A DNA stretch of 64,000 nucleotides, taken from NCBI RefSeq assembly GCF_035084215.1, contig NC_090335.1:13144001-13208000 (forward strand), given 5' to 3'. Shown one piece after another: positions 37,421 through 48,750 of this stretch. The stretch's first letter is position 1. The number at the start of each line of letters is the position of its first letter. The stretch is from Heptranchias perlo. Taxonomy: Eukaryota. The translations under genes and the position numbers were made by a program. The notes beneath the pieces are model-generated. The model saw only the letters and a program-made list of their open reading frames with translations, did no database searches and had not been told where the DNA came from.

Positions 37421-39233
37421 ATCTTTACCACAAAAGTAAGTATCCACAAACTGTAACCTTCCATTTTCTCCTCACTCCTTTTATGTCTTGTTCCTCTAGG
37501 ATGCTCTGAGCTTTCCTTCATTTTCACTTCCTTTTCTATAATGCCATTGGGTTTCAAATGCTGAATAATACTATTTGACACTGTTATTTTCTGTGCTACT
37601 TCTCTATTCTTTTGCCCCACTTTGCTGTACCCCAATCTCTCTCTCTTACCACTCCCTCTCTCACATGTCCAATACCAACCACTTATCAGCTATAGCCTAA
37701 TACTGCACTTAAACTGTACTATCCTATTCCACTATCCTCTCCTTTAGCCCTTTGAATACCAAACTTTGCTCACAGCAATAGTAGTTTCTGAACATCCTCC
37801 ACTATTACAGTTGTATATGTAACACAGTACACAAACCACTGCAGTTAATTCCATTCCCTTTTGCAAGTGATGCTTGATCTTCAGTATATTTACAAACTAC
37901 TTTCGGCCCTAAATTATCTTTGACTCAGTTAAGAAAAATCTTCCAGATGATTTAACCAGACAAGAACACTTAGCTAATTTATCCTTTAGGCAACTTGAAA
38001 TATGCTTTTTACCCTTCAATATCCTGCCAACAGTTGAAGCAACTTTCCTTATCCTTTAAACAGCCTTAAAACAACTTAAAATATCTATTACTTAACATAA
38101 AATTATATTCCACTGTTCCTGCCAAAACAGGAACTTACAGTAATCCACCTCTTACAATTGTAAATTTCATTCTTGATTTTTTTTTTAATGTTCATATGTA
38201 CTTAGATTTTCACTGACAGTTTGCTCGCTTTTCCCTCATTTGATTAGTACTTTACCTACCTCTACAGTTGCGATTTGTGGTTGTTATAGAAATTATGAAC
38301 TTTCAGCCAATCAGTTGAAAGTGTGGTGCGTATAGAAAAGTGTGACAAACAAAATGCATGCATACAAAATAAACTTGCATTTATATAGCATCTTTCACGA
38401 CCTCAGGATGTCCCAAAGCACTTTACAGCCAATTAAATACTTTTTGTAGTGTAGTCACTGTTACACTGAAATATATACATGGATACATTATATGTGTGTG
38501 TTAGTGCTGCGTTTTTGGGTTTTATGCTGCTACATATGTTACCCAAGTTAATTGGCCACTCCCTTAAGCGGACCTCCATCCTCTTTGATCTGGAGTGCAC
38601 TTTTATTGCCCAATATCAAGGTAAATGATAGCGCGACCCAGGGATCGAATAGAGAACCCTTGGCACCGTACAGTGAGTTACTGGTATGTATCACATGCCA
38701 CATTGTGGTACATTATCCTTATCTTCAATAGGTGGATTGAACAAACACTTAATCTGCCTGAGGCTCATACTACAAAATAGACAAATTTATTAACACGGAC
38801 CAGGTGAATGGACAGTACTAAGTGTAAACAATGTGTTTATGTTAATTTACAAACTTTGCTATTATTCACAATACATCAAAACAATAAAGATGCTTCCCCA
38901 GTTATCTTTCAACATAACTAGATGCCTGAAAATGGTTACTCATTTCTTACATGGAAGAACACTACCACAGAGTCAAACTAGCCTGGACACTGACTGTAGA
39001 CACTCTGACTGTGGACTGACTAGTTGGACGTAAGCAACCGCAGATATATCCCCAGTCAGAGGTTTCTGGCTACAGGACTGTCCATCAAAATGATGACAGC
39101 CAATCATTAACCCTACCCCTTCTCACCGCCCTGAGACACAAGTGCCAATCAAAATCATCACCCCCCCCCCCCCCAAACTAGTTGGTTTGATTCTTTCTGT
39201 GTCAGGAGCCTTGATCGACCCGTTTCAAGCCAC

Positions 39234-39614
39234 TGTGTGAGAATGTCCTCCATTTGGAGTGTGAGCTGCGTGAGAATGCCCTCCATTTGGAGTATGAGCT
39301 GCGTGAGAATGCCCTCCATTTGGAGTATGAGCTGCGTGAGAATGCCCTCCATTTGGAGTGTGAGCTGCGTGAGAATGCCCTCCATTTGGAGTGTGAGCTG
39401 TGTGAGAGAATGCCCTCCATTTGGAGTGTGAGCTGTGTGAGAGAATGCCCTCCATTTGGAGTGTGAGCTGTGTGAGAGAATGCCCTCCATTTGGTGCGTG
39501 GGAGTGCCCTCCATTTGGTGCGTGGGAGTGCCCTCCATTTGGTGCGTGGGAGTGCCCTCCATTTGGTGTGTGGGCTGCGTGAGAGTGCCCTCCATTTGGA
39601 GTCTGAGCTGCGTG
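39234..39614 (+). repeat. Minisatellite, 12 units of 33, 35 or 24 nt
   Basis: Core gaatgccctccatttgg(agtgtgagctgcgtga) repeated; explains the repetitive ORFs at 39158-39755. Confidence 0.95.
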
Positions 39615-39885
39615 TTCCTTAGAGGTGAAACTGGTTCCATAAAAGAGCAGCTCCCCTACTCTGAGGACACCCGAGATTGTGGTATGTTGAAGATCTTTTT
39701 CAAGAGATTACTGTCTACCAATAATTTTCAGTCAGATTTGTTGATGAATATTTAAAAACAACCCAATTTAAATTTTTAAAATCAAATTGACTTCTAAATT
39801 TGATGAAGCAACTCGCAAATTGTTCTGGCGAATTAAAGCAACTGTTCACTTATTTAAAATGTTTTGCTATTTCTTTGCCACTCAG

Positions 39886-39981
39886 ATTAAACCTGCATTG
39901 TGAGGACAGCAGTGGAGTGCATCTATATCCTTTGCAAATGGAAACATCAGCCTGTTTAGAACTTCAAACATCTACAGTGAA
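39886..39981 (+). CDS. LRCH1: LRCH1 exon 12: RLNLHCEDSSGVHLYPLQMETSACLELQTSTV
   Basis: ccactcag| acceptor, |gtaagt donor, 96 nt, phase 2 to 2; LYP...LELQ matches mammalian LRCH1. Confidence 0.85.
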
Positions 39982-41508
39982 GTAAGTTCTATTTTCTTTT
40001 CATTAATTCCAATTTTTGTTTGGACAGAAAGAAAGGAACAAAGTTTTTTTATTTATTATCTAATGAATTTTCTTCCATCCCTGCCTCTCCTAAAGGTGTT
40101 TTTTTTTTCCTTTGCTGAATTAAATTCTACATGTGCACTTCAGTATCTTAGCCTAGTTACCACTCTTCATATGTGAACATTCTTTCTGAGACTATTCAAC
40201 TATGGGGGTGCCACAGGAGCACTACAATGAACCTGATCCCGTCCTTACCTGGTGAACATTCGTACACTTCTGGTAGGGGGTTACTGGATAGTAATTGGGA
40301 ACAGGAACACCGGCTGATTTTCCCTTGCCTAACCCAGGGACCCTGAGGCCAATTGTGACAACTATGCTACCACCAATGGCTGAAATCAGCTAAATCAGCA
40401 TAGATGCTGGAGCCTTCCTGTGACATTAAATAATCCAAAACACCTGGGGAACCCGAAATAAAGTGTTCCAATGCAAAGTAAAAGGGAAGAAAATAGGGAA
40501 AAAAATAAACTCACCAAATGAAAAGAACAGACCAAATCTCTCATGTCTCTTAGGAAAATGACAGACAGGTAAAGACCTCTTGGTCCATCCAGCTTTTCCC
40601 ATACAATTGTGATGCCTTATTCATCACAATACAGACACTCCCCACTCAGAGCCATGGAATCTCCTCGGAGAGGCAAGAAAACAGATATAAACCCAGACCA
40701 AACTGGAACGTTCTTCTTCAACCCCCGTAGGTGATTAAAACTAATTCAGGAGATCACGTTGGCCCTGATTTATATTACAGAATTCCTGCCTCTTGCATGA
40801 GGTGATCTCTGCCCCAGCCAGAAACAGTTTGTCGTTGGACATGACCTGTCAGCCACATTGACTTCCTACCACACTCCCTCTTTTTGAATTTGGGGATGTA
40901 CAAGGCTTTAGTGTTTTAGTTTGTTATTATGCGTCTTAGAATTTTAGCCCTAATTCTTCGTCAGAACTTGTTTTGTTTTGCTGGGGTTTGTACAAATGTC
41001 TGACGTTAATCGTTTGAAATATTTATTTTTAACCGTGAAGTATTCCCTTGAGTTTCTGCTTGTTTTTGTTCTGGAATTGGCCATCTGGCTGCTGTGGCTT
41101 GGCTGGATGTAACTGTAGTACGGGAACTGTGTTGTGTAAGTCAGTGATGTCTGGGCATAGCTCTTTGCTAGCATTGAAGAGGCTGGGGTCCAATGTGATA
41201 CCATCAAGTTATTAAGGCTTGTTTTAAGTTTTATCTGCTTGAATTAAATTTAATTTTCAATTAGATTGCCTTGGTGAGAACACGGTTATTTTTCTTGAAG
41301 TATAAATGAGTATGTTGATGTCCACTATCTAGTGATGATTAGCTCTGGAATTTGATTGCTTTTCACTCCTTTTATGTTGATACAATGTAATATCTATCAT
41401 TTTGCTTCTCCGTATCCTCTGTTCGGAGAGTAATTGGGCTCCCCGTCTTAAATCACAAGCTTTGGCTGACACTATTGCTAAATTTGCTTCCTCTTCTGTT
41501 CATTCCAG

Positions 41509-41557
41509 TGGGCAGACACCAAAAATCACCCCCACACTGAAGTTCTCCAGTTACCAG
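41509..41557 (+). CDS. LRCH1: LRCH1 exon 13: NGQTPKITPTLKFSSYQ
   Basis: cattccag| acceptor with strong pyrimidine tract, CAG|gtgagg donor, 49 nt, phase 2 to 0; required to restore phase. Confidence 0.8.
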
Positions 41558-41714
41558 GTGAGGAAGAAGAATGTAGGCTACCTATTGACAGGTAAAAGGA
41601 GTTGATAAGTTTGTAATATTCAGAATGAACAAGGAGCAATAACATGAACAGCAAATCTGTACAAGTAAGACTGGAATAATTCAACAGTACATGTGGAAGT
41701 CAAAACCATCGTGC

Positions 41715-42075
41715 TTCTCTGCTGGCTCAGTTTCCCCAGTGAGAAGCTTAACCATAATCACTGGGAAGGTTCCAGGTCTGTGCTAGGTTAGTGGACCTCA
41801 GTATGGGTGGCTGTCGGGGGCACTACAGTTGGAATTAGTATATCTGGGTTAGGAAGGGAAAATCATCCAGAGTTCCCGCTCTTAATTGCTGTCCAGCATT
41901 AAGACCTGGAAGTCCGCATCTATGGGTGTTGAATGAGGATGAGATCTGGTGCCGCTGTGATGCTCATCGCGGTAAAATTGTCTGTTGACAGTTGCTGCCA
42001 AAATTATTAATGGCCACTTGGGTGATTCTTGCCTGTGGAGCCACAACTGAGGAAGGGGCTAATGTCTCCAGAAGA
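41715..42075 (+). mobile_element. tRNA-derived SINE (family B)
   Basis: ctggctcagt...ggaaggttccaggtctgtgct...ctacagttgg...; reversed copies at ~2478-2595, ~33450-33650, ~40120-40420 and ~61140-61460. Confidence 0.55.
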
Positions 42076-44383
42076 GAGAAAATATTAGCAGGGGGGCTGA
42101 GTGTAGTTTTATAATTAAAATATCATCAGATTCAGTAAAGGTACTAGACACAGTGATGAAAGTGAAGTTAAGCGTTCAAACAGTGCATTGTATTTTTTTA
42201 AACTGCATATTACTATCATGAATCTAATTATCACGCATCAGTCATGTTCGGTAATGGATTTATCTCCACTTTAAATGGGTGCAGTGTAATTCTGATTTTA
42301 TTTTTCATGCTAAAGCAGCTTTCTTCTGTTCTCATTTTTAGGCTCTTGCTCCATTTTGTGTAGATGAGGATTCTTCATCTGAGGTCATTCATTCTCTTTC
42401 ATCTGGTTCTGTAAATAATTTTTAACCTCATTAACCTTTATTCATCTGTTTCTCTACATCATTAACCCTTGCTGAAGGGAACTACTAGCACTGTATGAAA
42501 TTAGGTGCAAAGTAGTTAGTATAGTGATGACATTTCTCCCCCAGTTGCTTTATTTGGCAGCTTCAGAAGACTATAGGATAAAAATTATTGTGAATAATAT
42601 TATCATATGATCGTTTAATACACTGATTAAATGCCTCTCTTTGCTATTTAATGGCATTGTAAATTCATTGCACTGATTAACAGCAGAGAGGGGAACTTGA
42701 TACAAGCAAGTTAAGCAGTGGCACAATGATGTCGTTAACAGTAATTTCCATCTTTTTATATTTGAAAACTTTTCTCTCTTTACTGTACCAAGTGGGCACG
42801 AATTTAAGATAAAGAATTAACGGAGAGGTGAGAAAAGATTTCTTTAAACAGGGTGGTTAGAATGTGGAGTTTGCTGCCACAACCCATTGTTAAAGCACGG
42901 TCTATAAATTATTTTAAAAGAAAATTAATTGCTTGAAAAAGAAAAGTATTAAATGCATTGGGGTGTGAATAGTGAAGTGGGACTATATTCATGTTGATAA
43001 AGGTACCAGCACACACACAATGGGCTGAATGACCCATTTCTGTGCTGTAATTTCTATGATTCATATCCTAAGAAGCCCTTCAGGCATCTCAATATTTTTA
43101 GAAATGTATTTTAGAATTCCAATGCATTCAACATACTTTTTATACTTGTAAGTGTTGCACAATTTTAAGAGCCTTTTACATTTTATAATGAAAGAACAGT
43201 TGATGGAAAAATCAGTGTAGGGTTTTGTAAAATATAATCTGCAGTGGGTTAGTACCGTGAACTTTAAAGGGGACACTAAAGGAACTTATAAAAATGGGTT
43301 AGTCTGTGGGGAAATGTGGCTCAATAATGGATCGATTTGCCAGTATACTTACTGTGCTTGGTTCAAAACACTGTCCTATGGTAGATGTTCTGCACCCCAT
43401 TGCTCTGGATATTGTGTGCAACTTTAAAACTGAAACATGTCAACTATTGAGGCACAAGGTACTACTGGAAGAAGGAATATTACTAGTACCTACCCATAAT
43501 ATTTTAAAAATCATATGTCTGTGTGCACTTCTTGTTGACTTTCAGCCTCCAGTGGGGGCAGGTTTTAACCACAGTGTGATAAGCAATTACCATTATAGAT
43601 GTGCACAGCAGAATTTATAATGGTGGTAGAAAAATAAAGACAGAATGTATAGCTTTAAAACTGGAACTGAATGACATCACCACATCCTAGTCCAATTATT
43701 CCCTGGCCTCTTAACTCCACTTTACCTGAAAACTAAACTTGGTCTTCACTCTCAGTGAGCAACAGCACAGGAGATCGACTAATTGTGGTGAAAAATGTTA
43801 CATATTGAATTTCTCCACATTTATACAACAGGTGGTAGATTATGTTGGTGAGTAAGTTATTCCATTCAATAGATATTCAGTTTACTGTGTTTCTTTGCAC
43901 AGTATCCCTTTAGCTGAAAAGATTTTCTCAGCATAACTGTTCATGTAGATGTTAACAAGTAAATTAGTTAAATTGAATTTATTTGTGAATTTTTGTGTCC
44001 ATTGTGGGTAAAGATGGCACCTCCAAAGAAGAGTTTTCCACTTAATGTACCACACATACAACACGACGTGTCTTCATCTAAATCTCAAACCAGCACCCTT
44101 GTACCAGTATGAATTCTGTTTCCGCCATGCATTCTAATCTCCGAGTGAAAATGCCAAGCAATTGCAGTTGTACTGGAGGTGCCCCTCATGAGGAACGAGA
44201 TGGAAATGCCCAATGTCAATGCAGACAGCAGGGAGAGGAGACTTTTATTTTGGTCCGAGGGCTGAGAAGATGATGTGCTAATCCTTTATACCATTTGACC
44301 CAATGAAATTGAACTTTTAACCAAAGTGATATATTTCTAGGATTGAAATATGTTTTAATGGTGAGTATTCCCTTTAATTACAG

Positions 44384-44500
44384 ACGGAAAGCTCCACAGC
44401 AGAGCTAGAGTTTCAGAGGAAACGTGAAATCATGCTGGAGAAAGCAAGGCACGAAGCTCAGGTGGCGTCACAACGGTTGGAATGGCAGAAGTCCAAGCAG
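44384..44500 (+). CDS. LRCH1: LRCH1 exon 14 (coiled-coil-like): TESSTAELEFQRKREIMLEKARHEAQVASQRLEWQKSKQ
   Basis: aattacag| acceptor, CAG|gtgcta donor, 117 nt, phase 0 to 0, open frame; resembles the LRCH3 segment RREQLVERTRREAQLA. Confidence 0.75.
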
Positions 44501-44529
44501 GTGCTAAAGTGATTTGATGCCTATATGTG

Positions 44530-45520
44530 ATCAAAACTTTCATATAAGAATACGAAGAAAGGCCATTCAATCCATCAGGCCTGATCCATCCAGTGTCCAT
44601 GTATGATTATTCTATTACATATTCCCTCCCCCAACCTATCAACCCCATGTGTTCATCCCCTACTTCCCGTACCTCCTTCCCACTCCCTCCAAAAAAATCA
44701 AGCAGTGCTGTTAGTGTCCATTTGTTTTAATCCCCTTCTCAACAGAAATCAAATTCAGCTTCCTTTTAAAGGTGTTAGTTGACACCAAATAACTACTTTT
44801 GCCAGAATTCTAATGCATTATCCTCTCTAACTTTGCTTGAGACTTGTTAATTTTGTGCTTGCGTTCTCCAGTCCTATACTCATTGTCCAAGTTGAATAAC
44901 TTGCTTACTGCAACCACATCCAAATCTTTCATTATTTTAAAGACCGGCATCATGTCTCCCCTCAGTCAGCTTTTTTCCAACTAAAATAAATTTAGTCACT
45001 TGAGCCTTTTTTTATATCTTAGGCTGCAAAGGCCTAGAATCAGCCTGATCACTTAATTGCATAAAGCATCCTTTCTGAGATAGGGTAACCAAAAGTGCAT
45101 GATATACTCCACAATTGACCATTGACCTGTAAAATATCAGTAAAACTTGTTCTGACTTGTAATCCATTGTAATCTCAGTACCCAGTTAGCCTGATTGATA
45201 ACTGCTTTGTATTGACCAACAATCGCTTCCAAATCCTTCTCCTTTCTAGCCTCTCTCAGTGGAGTTTTATAAGTCGGATCCCTCCCTGTTGTTCATGTTT
45301 CTTGTTACCTGTTCCTATATGTCCTAGATTTATATATCTTCATTTAGATTCCTCTGCTGTATCTCAGCCCACCTGCATAATTGGTCCAAGTCTCTTTGCA
45401 GATAATCAAATTCTTAGTATAAACAATTGTTTATGTAAAGATTTATTTATTAACCAGCTGTGGGTAAGGGAAATATTCATTATACATTTTCCAGAAACCA
45501 ATCGATAAAAAACACCTGCT
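44530..45520 (-). mobile_element. Old CR1-like LINE fragment starting ~30 nt after exon 14
   Basis: gaagaaaggccattcaatccatc tail signature and decayed ORF2 C-terminal sequence. Confidence 0.55.
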
Positions 45521-46491
45521 GAAGTCTCTGCAGAACTCTTGGAAACTTCTTCCCAAATTGTTTCGCTGGAGTTGTGTAACCCAACCCAATTTTTAAAAAA
45601 ATTAATTCTTGAGTTATGGGTGTCACTAGTATGGCCAACATTTATTGCCCTTCCCTAGTTGCCCTTGAGATGGTGGTGGTGGGCCGCTGCCTTGAACCGT
45701 TGCAGTCTGTGTGGTGAAAGTGCTCTCACATTGCTGTTAGGTAGGGTGTCCAGGATTTTGTCCCACTGACAATGAAGGAATGGCGATATATGTCCAAGTC
45801 AGGATGGTGTGTGACTTAGAGGGGAACTTGGAGGTGATGGTGTTCCCATGCACCTGCTGCCTTAGCAACCCCTCCCACACACACAGTGTAAACTGTGACT
45901 CACATGAGCAACATGAGATCTGCTAGTAGAATATAAAATTGGAACATCTAGCGTGCATGTCTTGTCCATTATACTTAAAGATATATCATTGCAAAAAAAA
46001 GCTGTTTTTCCCGTTTTAGTTGTGTGCTTGTTCTCATTCCCACGCTCCCCTCCTTTACCCATTCCAGTCTACAACACAAATCAGTGCACCCTACGGACTT
46101 CAAAACATGTTCCTGATGCAGCTTGTTGGTCAAGCACTGGAGCAATTAGGAAGGACTCCCCCCCCGCCCCCTTAATGATAACTGCCATGTTGGAAAGATC
46201 TGAATGCAAGTACTGGGAATTGAATCCTGGCCTCCAAGTCCAGAAGTATTTGTTGTAATTACTGAAACATCCTGCTCATCTTGAGAGAGAAAAGCTAAAG
46301 TCAGAATGTTCTCTTTCGAATGTTAACTTATTTTTGACAAAGCTCAGTGTGCTTTGTGCAGACTATGTATTTCAATAGATTTGATTTTGTCTTTTTTTCC
46401 CCAATTCAAGATAATTTATCAAATTATTATCTGTGTAATGAAATGTTCTAAATATTTTGCCTTATTTTTACATGTATTGAAATCCACCCAG

Positions 46492-46533
46492 AATACTAAT
46501 GAGAGTATAGAGAAGAATGACTCTCAAAATGAG
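46492..46533 (+). CDS. LRCH1: LRCH1 exon 15 (short): NTNESIEKNDSQNE
   Basis: cacccag| acceptor, GAG|gtgagt donor, 42 nt, phase 0 to 0; ends SQNE like mammalian SPNE. Confidence 0.7.
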
Positions 46534-48665
46534 GTGAGTGTCACAAGGGAAGCCTGTGTCAGAGATTCCCTCCTCAATGAACTGTGCAGCCCATACATCC
46601 CAGCAGAGGTCAGAATTATAGACCAGCAGTATGGAATAAATTGGTGAAATGAAAGAAAACTGTGCCTGAGCATCACCGCCCCCACCACCCCCCCACCCAG
46701 AAAAAAGCCAGTATGGATACTTATAGCATCTGTTCATACGTTGTGATGCCAGACTGCATTTATTTGGTTGAGGTAGCTGTTCTAGCCTGGTCATTTCCCA
46801 GCAGTAGTTCTTAACCTCATGGCTGGGCAGCAGTGGTTTTATAAACAGACCAAGTCTCCTATGAGCCAAGACCTGGATCCAGATTCGCACCATGTACCGT
46901 TTAGCATGCATTAGCGTGCGATTATGGCTTATTGCACATCGTAGAACAAGTTGGGTGCCCACCATCTTCTTTTTACACTAATGGAGAAACATGTCCAGTC
47001 ACCAGGTCAATGCTTTACAGCCCAAAGCTACTTGGTCAGATATGTTTCAAAGAAGCAAAAGAACACAGCGAGGTACTAAAAGTGCAATAACTAGACTTGC
47101 ACAATATGTAAACTGTTTCAAAACGGAAATGCCACAAATATTTGTAGTACTTTTCAATAGCTAATGAACGAGAGTCCTTGACAGGACGTGTGTGTGGGGG
47201 GGTGGGGTGAGCCTCAGGGAGCCTCTCTCAGCTGCATCACATGTAGACGCAGAGCGAAGCAGGGAACTGAAAACGCCCAGAAAGTTTAGCTTTTAAAAAC
47301 AACTTTCCCTTTGGAACAAGCGGACCATTTTGACTATCAACAGCCCACGCACATCAGGCTACACGTTAATAGTCCATTATATAAGTATCATCCTGTGATG
47401 TTCACAGCTTGCCAGTAATGGTTTTCAATGCTCAATGGAAGAGATTATATTATGAGACAGCCATCACCAAGAGGAACTCACATACAGTACTAATGCAGAG
47501 AATCCCAAAGGGCACAAATAATTGACTGTGTAAATAATTTCTGTGTAAAGCTAGAATGCATTGAATCATTTAAAAAAAAACATTTGCGACATTTTGATTC
47601 CTATAAAATAAAATGTTTAGGTCTAATTGTTTGCAGCCAGCTACATGTATTAGTCACCTACATAACAACTTTTCCACAGAACAATGGGATCCTCACAGAT
47701 CTCCAAGACAAATGGCTGGCTGAAGTTGTCTATATAATTTATTAAAAATCTTAACATTTACTTGCACCTCCTGTCAACCTTCTGCATTATACATTCCTAT
47801 ATCACATTCATAATGGAAACTGCTTACATAAACTTGTCACGATCTAATTACACCCTCCTGCCAATGGAGGTGCTGCAGCGCCACCAACAGTTCCCATTAT
47901 AAATATGGACATGGGAATTTATAATGGAAATGTAAAAATAACAGAATGTATAACTTTAAAATGGGGTCCGAATTACACCTTCATGCCCTCGTCCAATTAT
48001 CTCTCAGCATCCATCCCTGTTTCACCTGAAGATTACACTTGGCCTTATCTCCCCCTGTGCAGCATAATGGGAAATGGGCTAGTTTTGTATGGAAAGAATG
48101 GATCTAAAATCACATAAAATAATCAAAAATCTCAGCTCCCATTTAATTTGGAGACCATTGGTGCAAATGACCAGCTCTAGTGAGATCAGAATTAGGAGCA
48201 CAATCTTTCAGACCAGATTGTTGAAATTAGCTTTACCATATTTCTGTTACAATAAGTGATCTAGAGACTTAAATTACTTTTGACTGAATATTATATTGTT
48301 GAATATTTTTTAATTTAATGGCATTATTAAGAGGAAGATCAAATTTCAAAATGAATCTTCCCATATGTAGAAATCAGTACTGCTGTATCCCAAAACCAAG
48401 AAAGATTCAATTTTAGAAGAAAGCATCCTTGGAAGGGATATTACTTCACTTGTAAAATGCAGTAATTTGTTTATTGACACAGTAATGTCAGTAAATCACT
48501 GAACATATCTGCTGTTAGAAATTGTTCCAATTCAATGTAGAATTTTAAAAACAAATCAGAATTTCACGTCAAAACATTTGCTGTAGTGGGAAATCAAGGT
48601 ACCAGCTGTCACGGTGATAACTGAGCTGAGTTTTTTTTTAAAGCTAACTATTTAAAATCCTATAG

Positions 48666-48750
48666 GATGAAGAGAAGACTCCCACAGTGACTCCCACATT
48701 GTCTCCTATAACATCTCCCACAGCTCCCTTTGGACTGAAGCCACGATCTG
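48666..48750 (+). CDS. LRCH1: LRCH1 exon 16: DEEKTPTVTPTLSPITSPTAPFGLKPRS
   Basis: cctatag| acceptor, |gtaagc donor, 85 nt, phase 0 to 1; APFGLKPRS motif. Confidence 0.93.

Noticed and set aside
39158-39755. Repetitive ORFs (e.g. 160 aa QMEGILTQ repeats) and a CRISPR-like appearance
   Set aside because: Products of a tandem minisatellite; no unique spacers or cas genes; vertebrate intron
46468-46965. 165-aa minus-strand ORF overlapping exon 15
   Set aside because: No recognisable domain or splice structure; includes a poly-G-derived Gly run; consistent with chance
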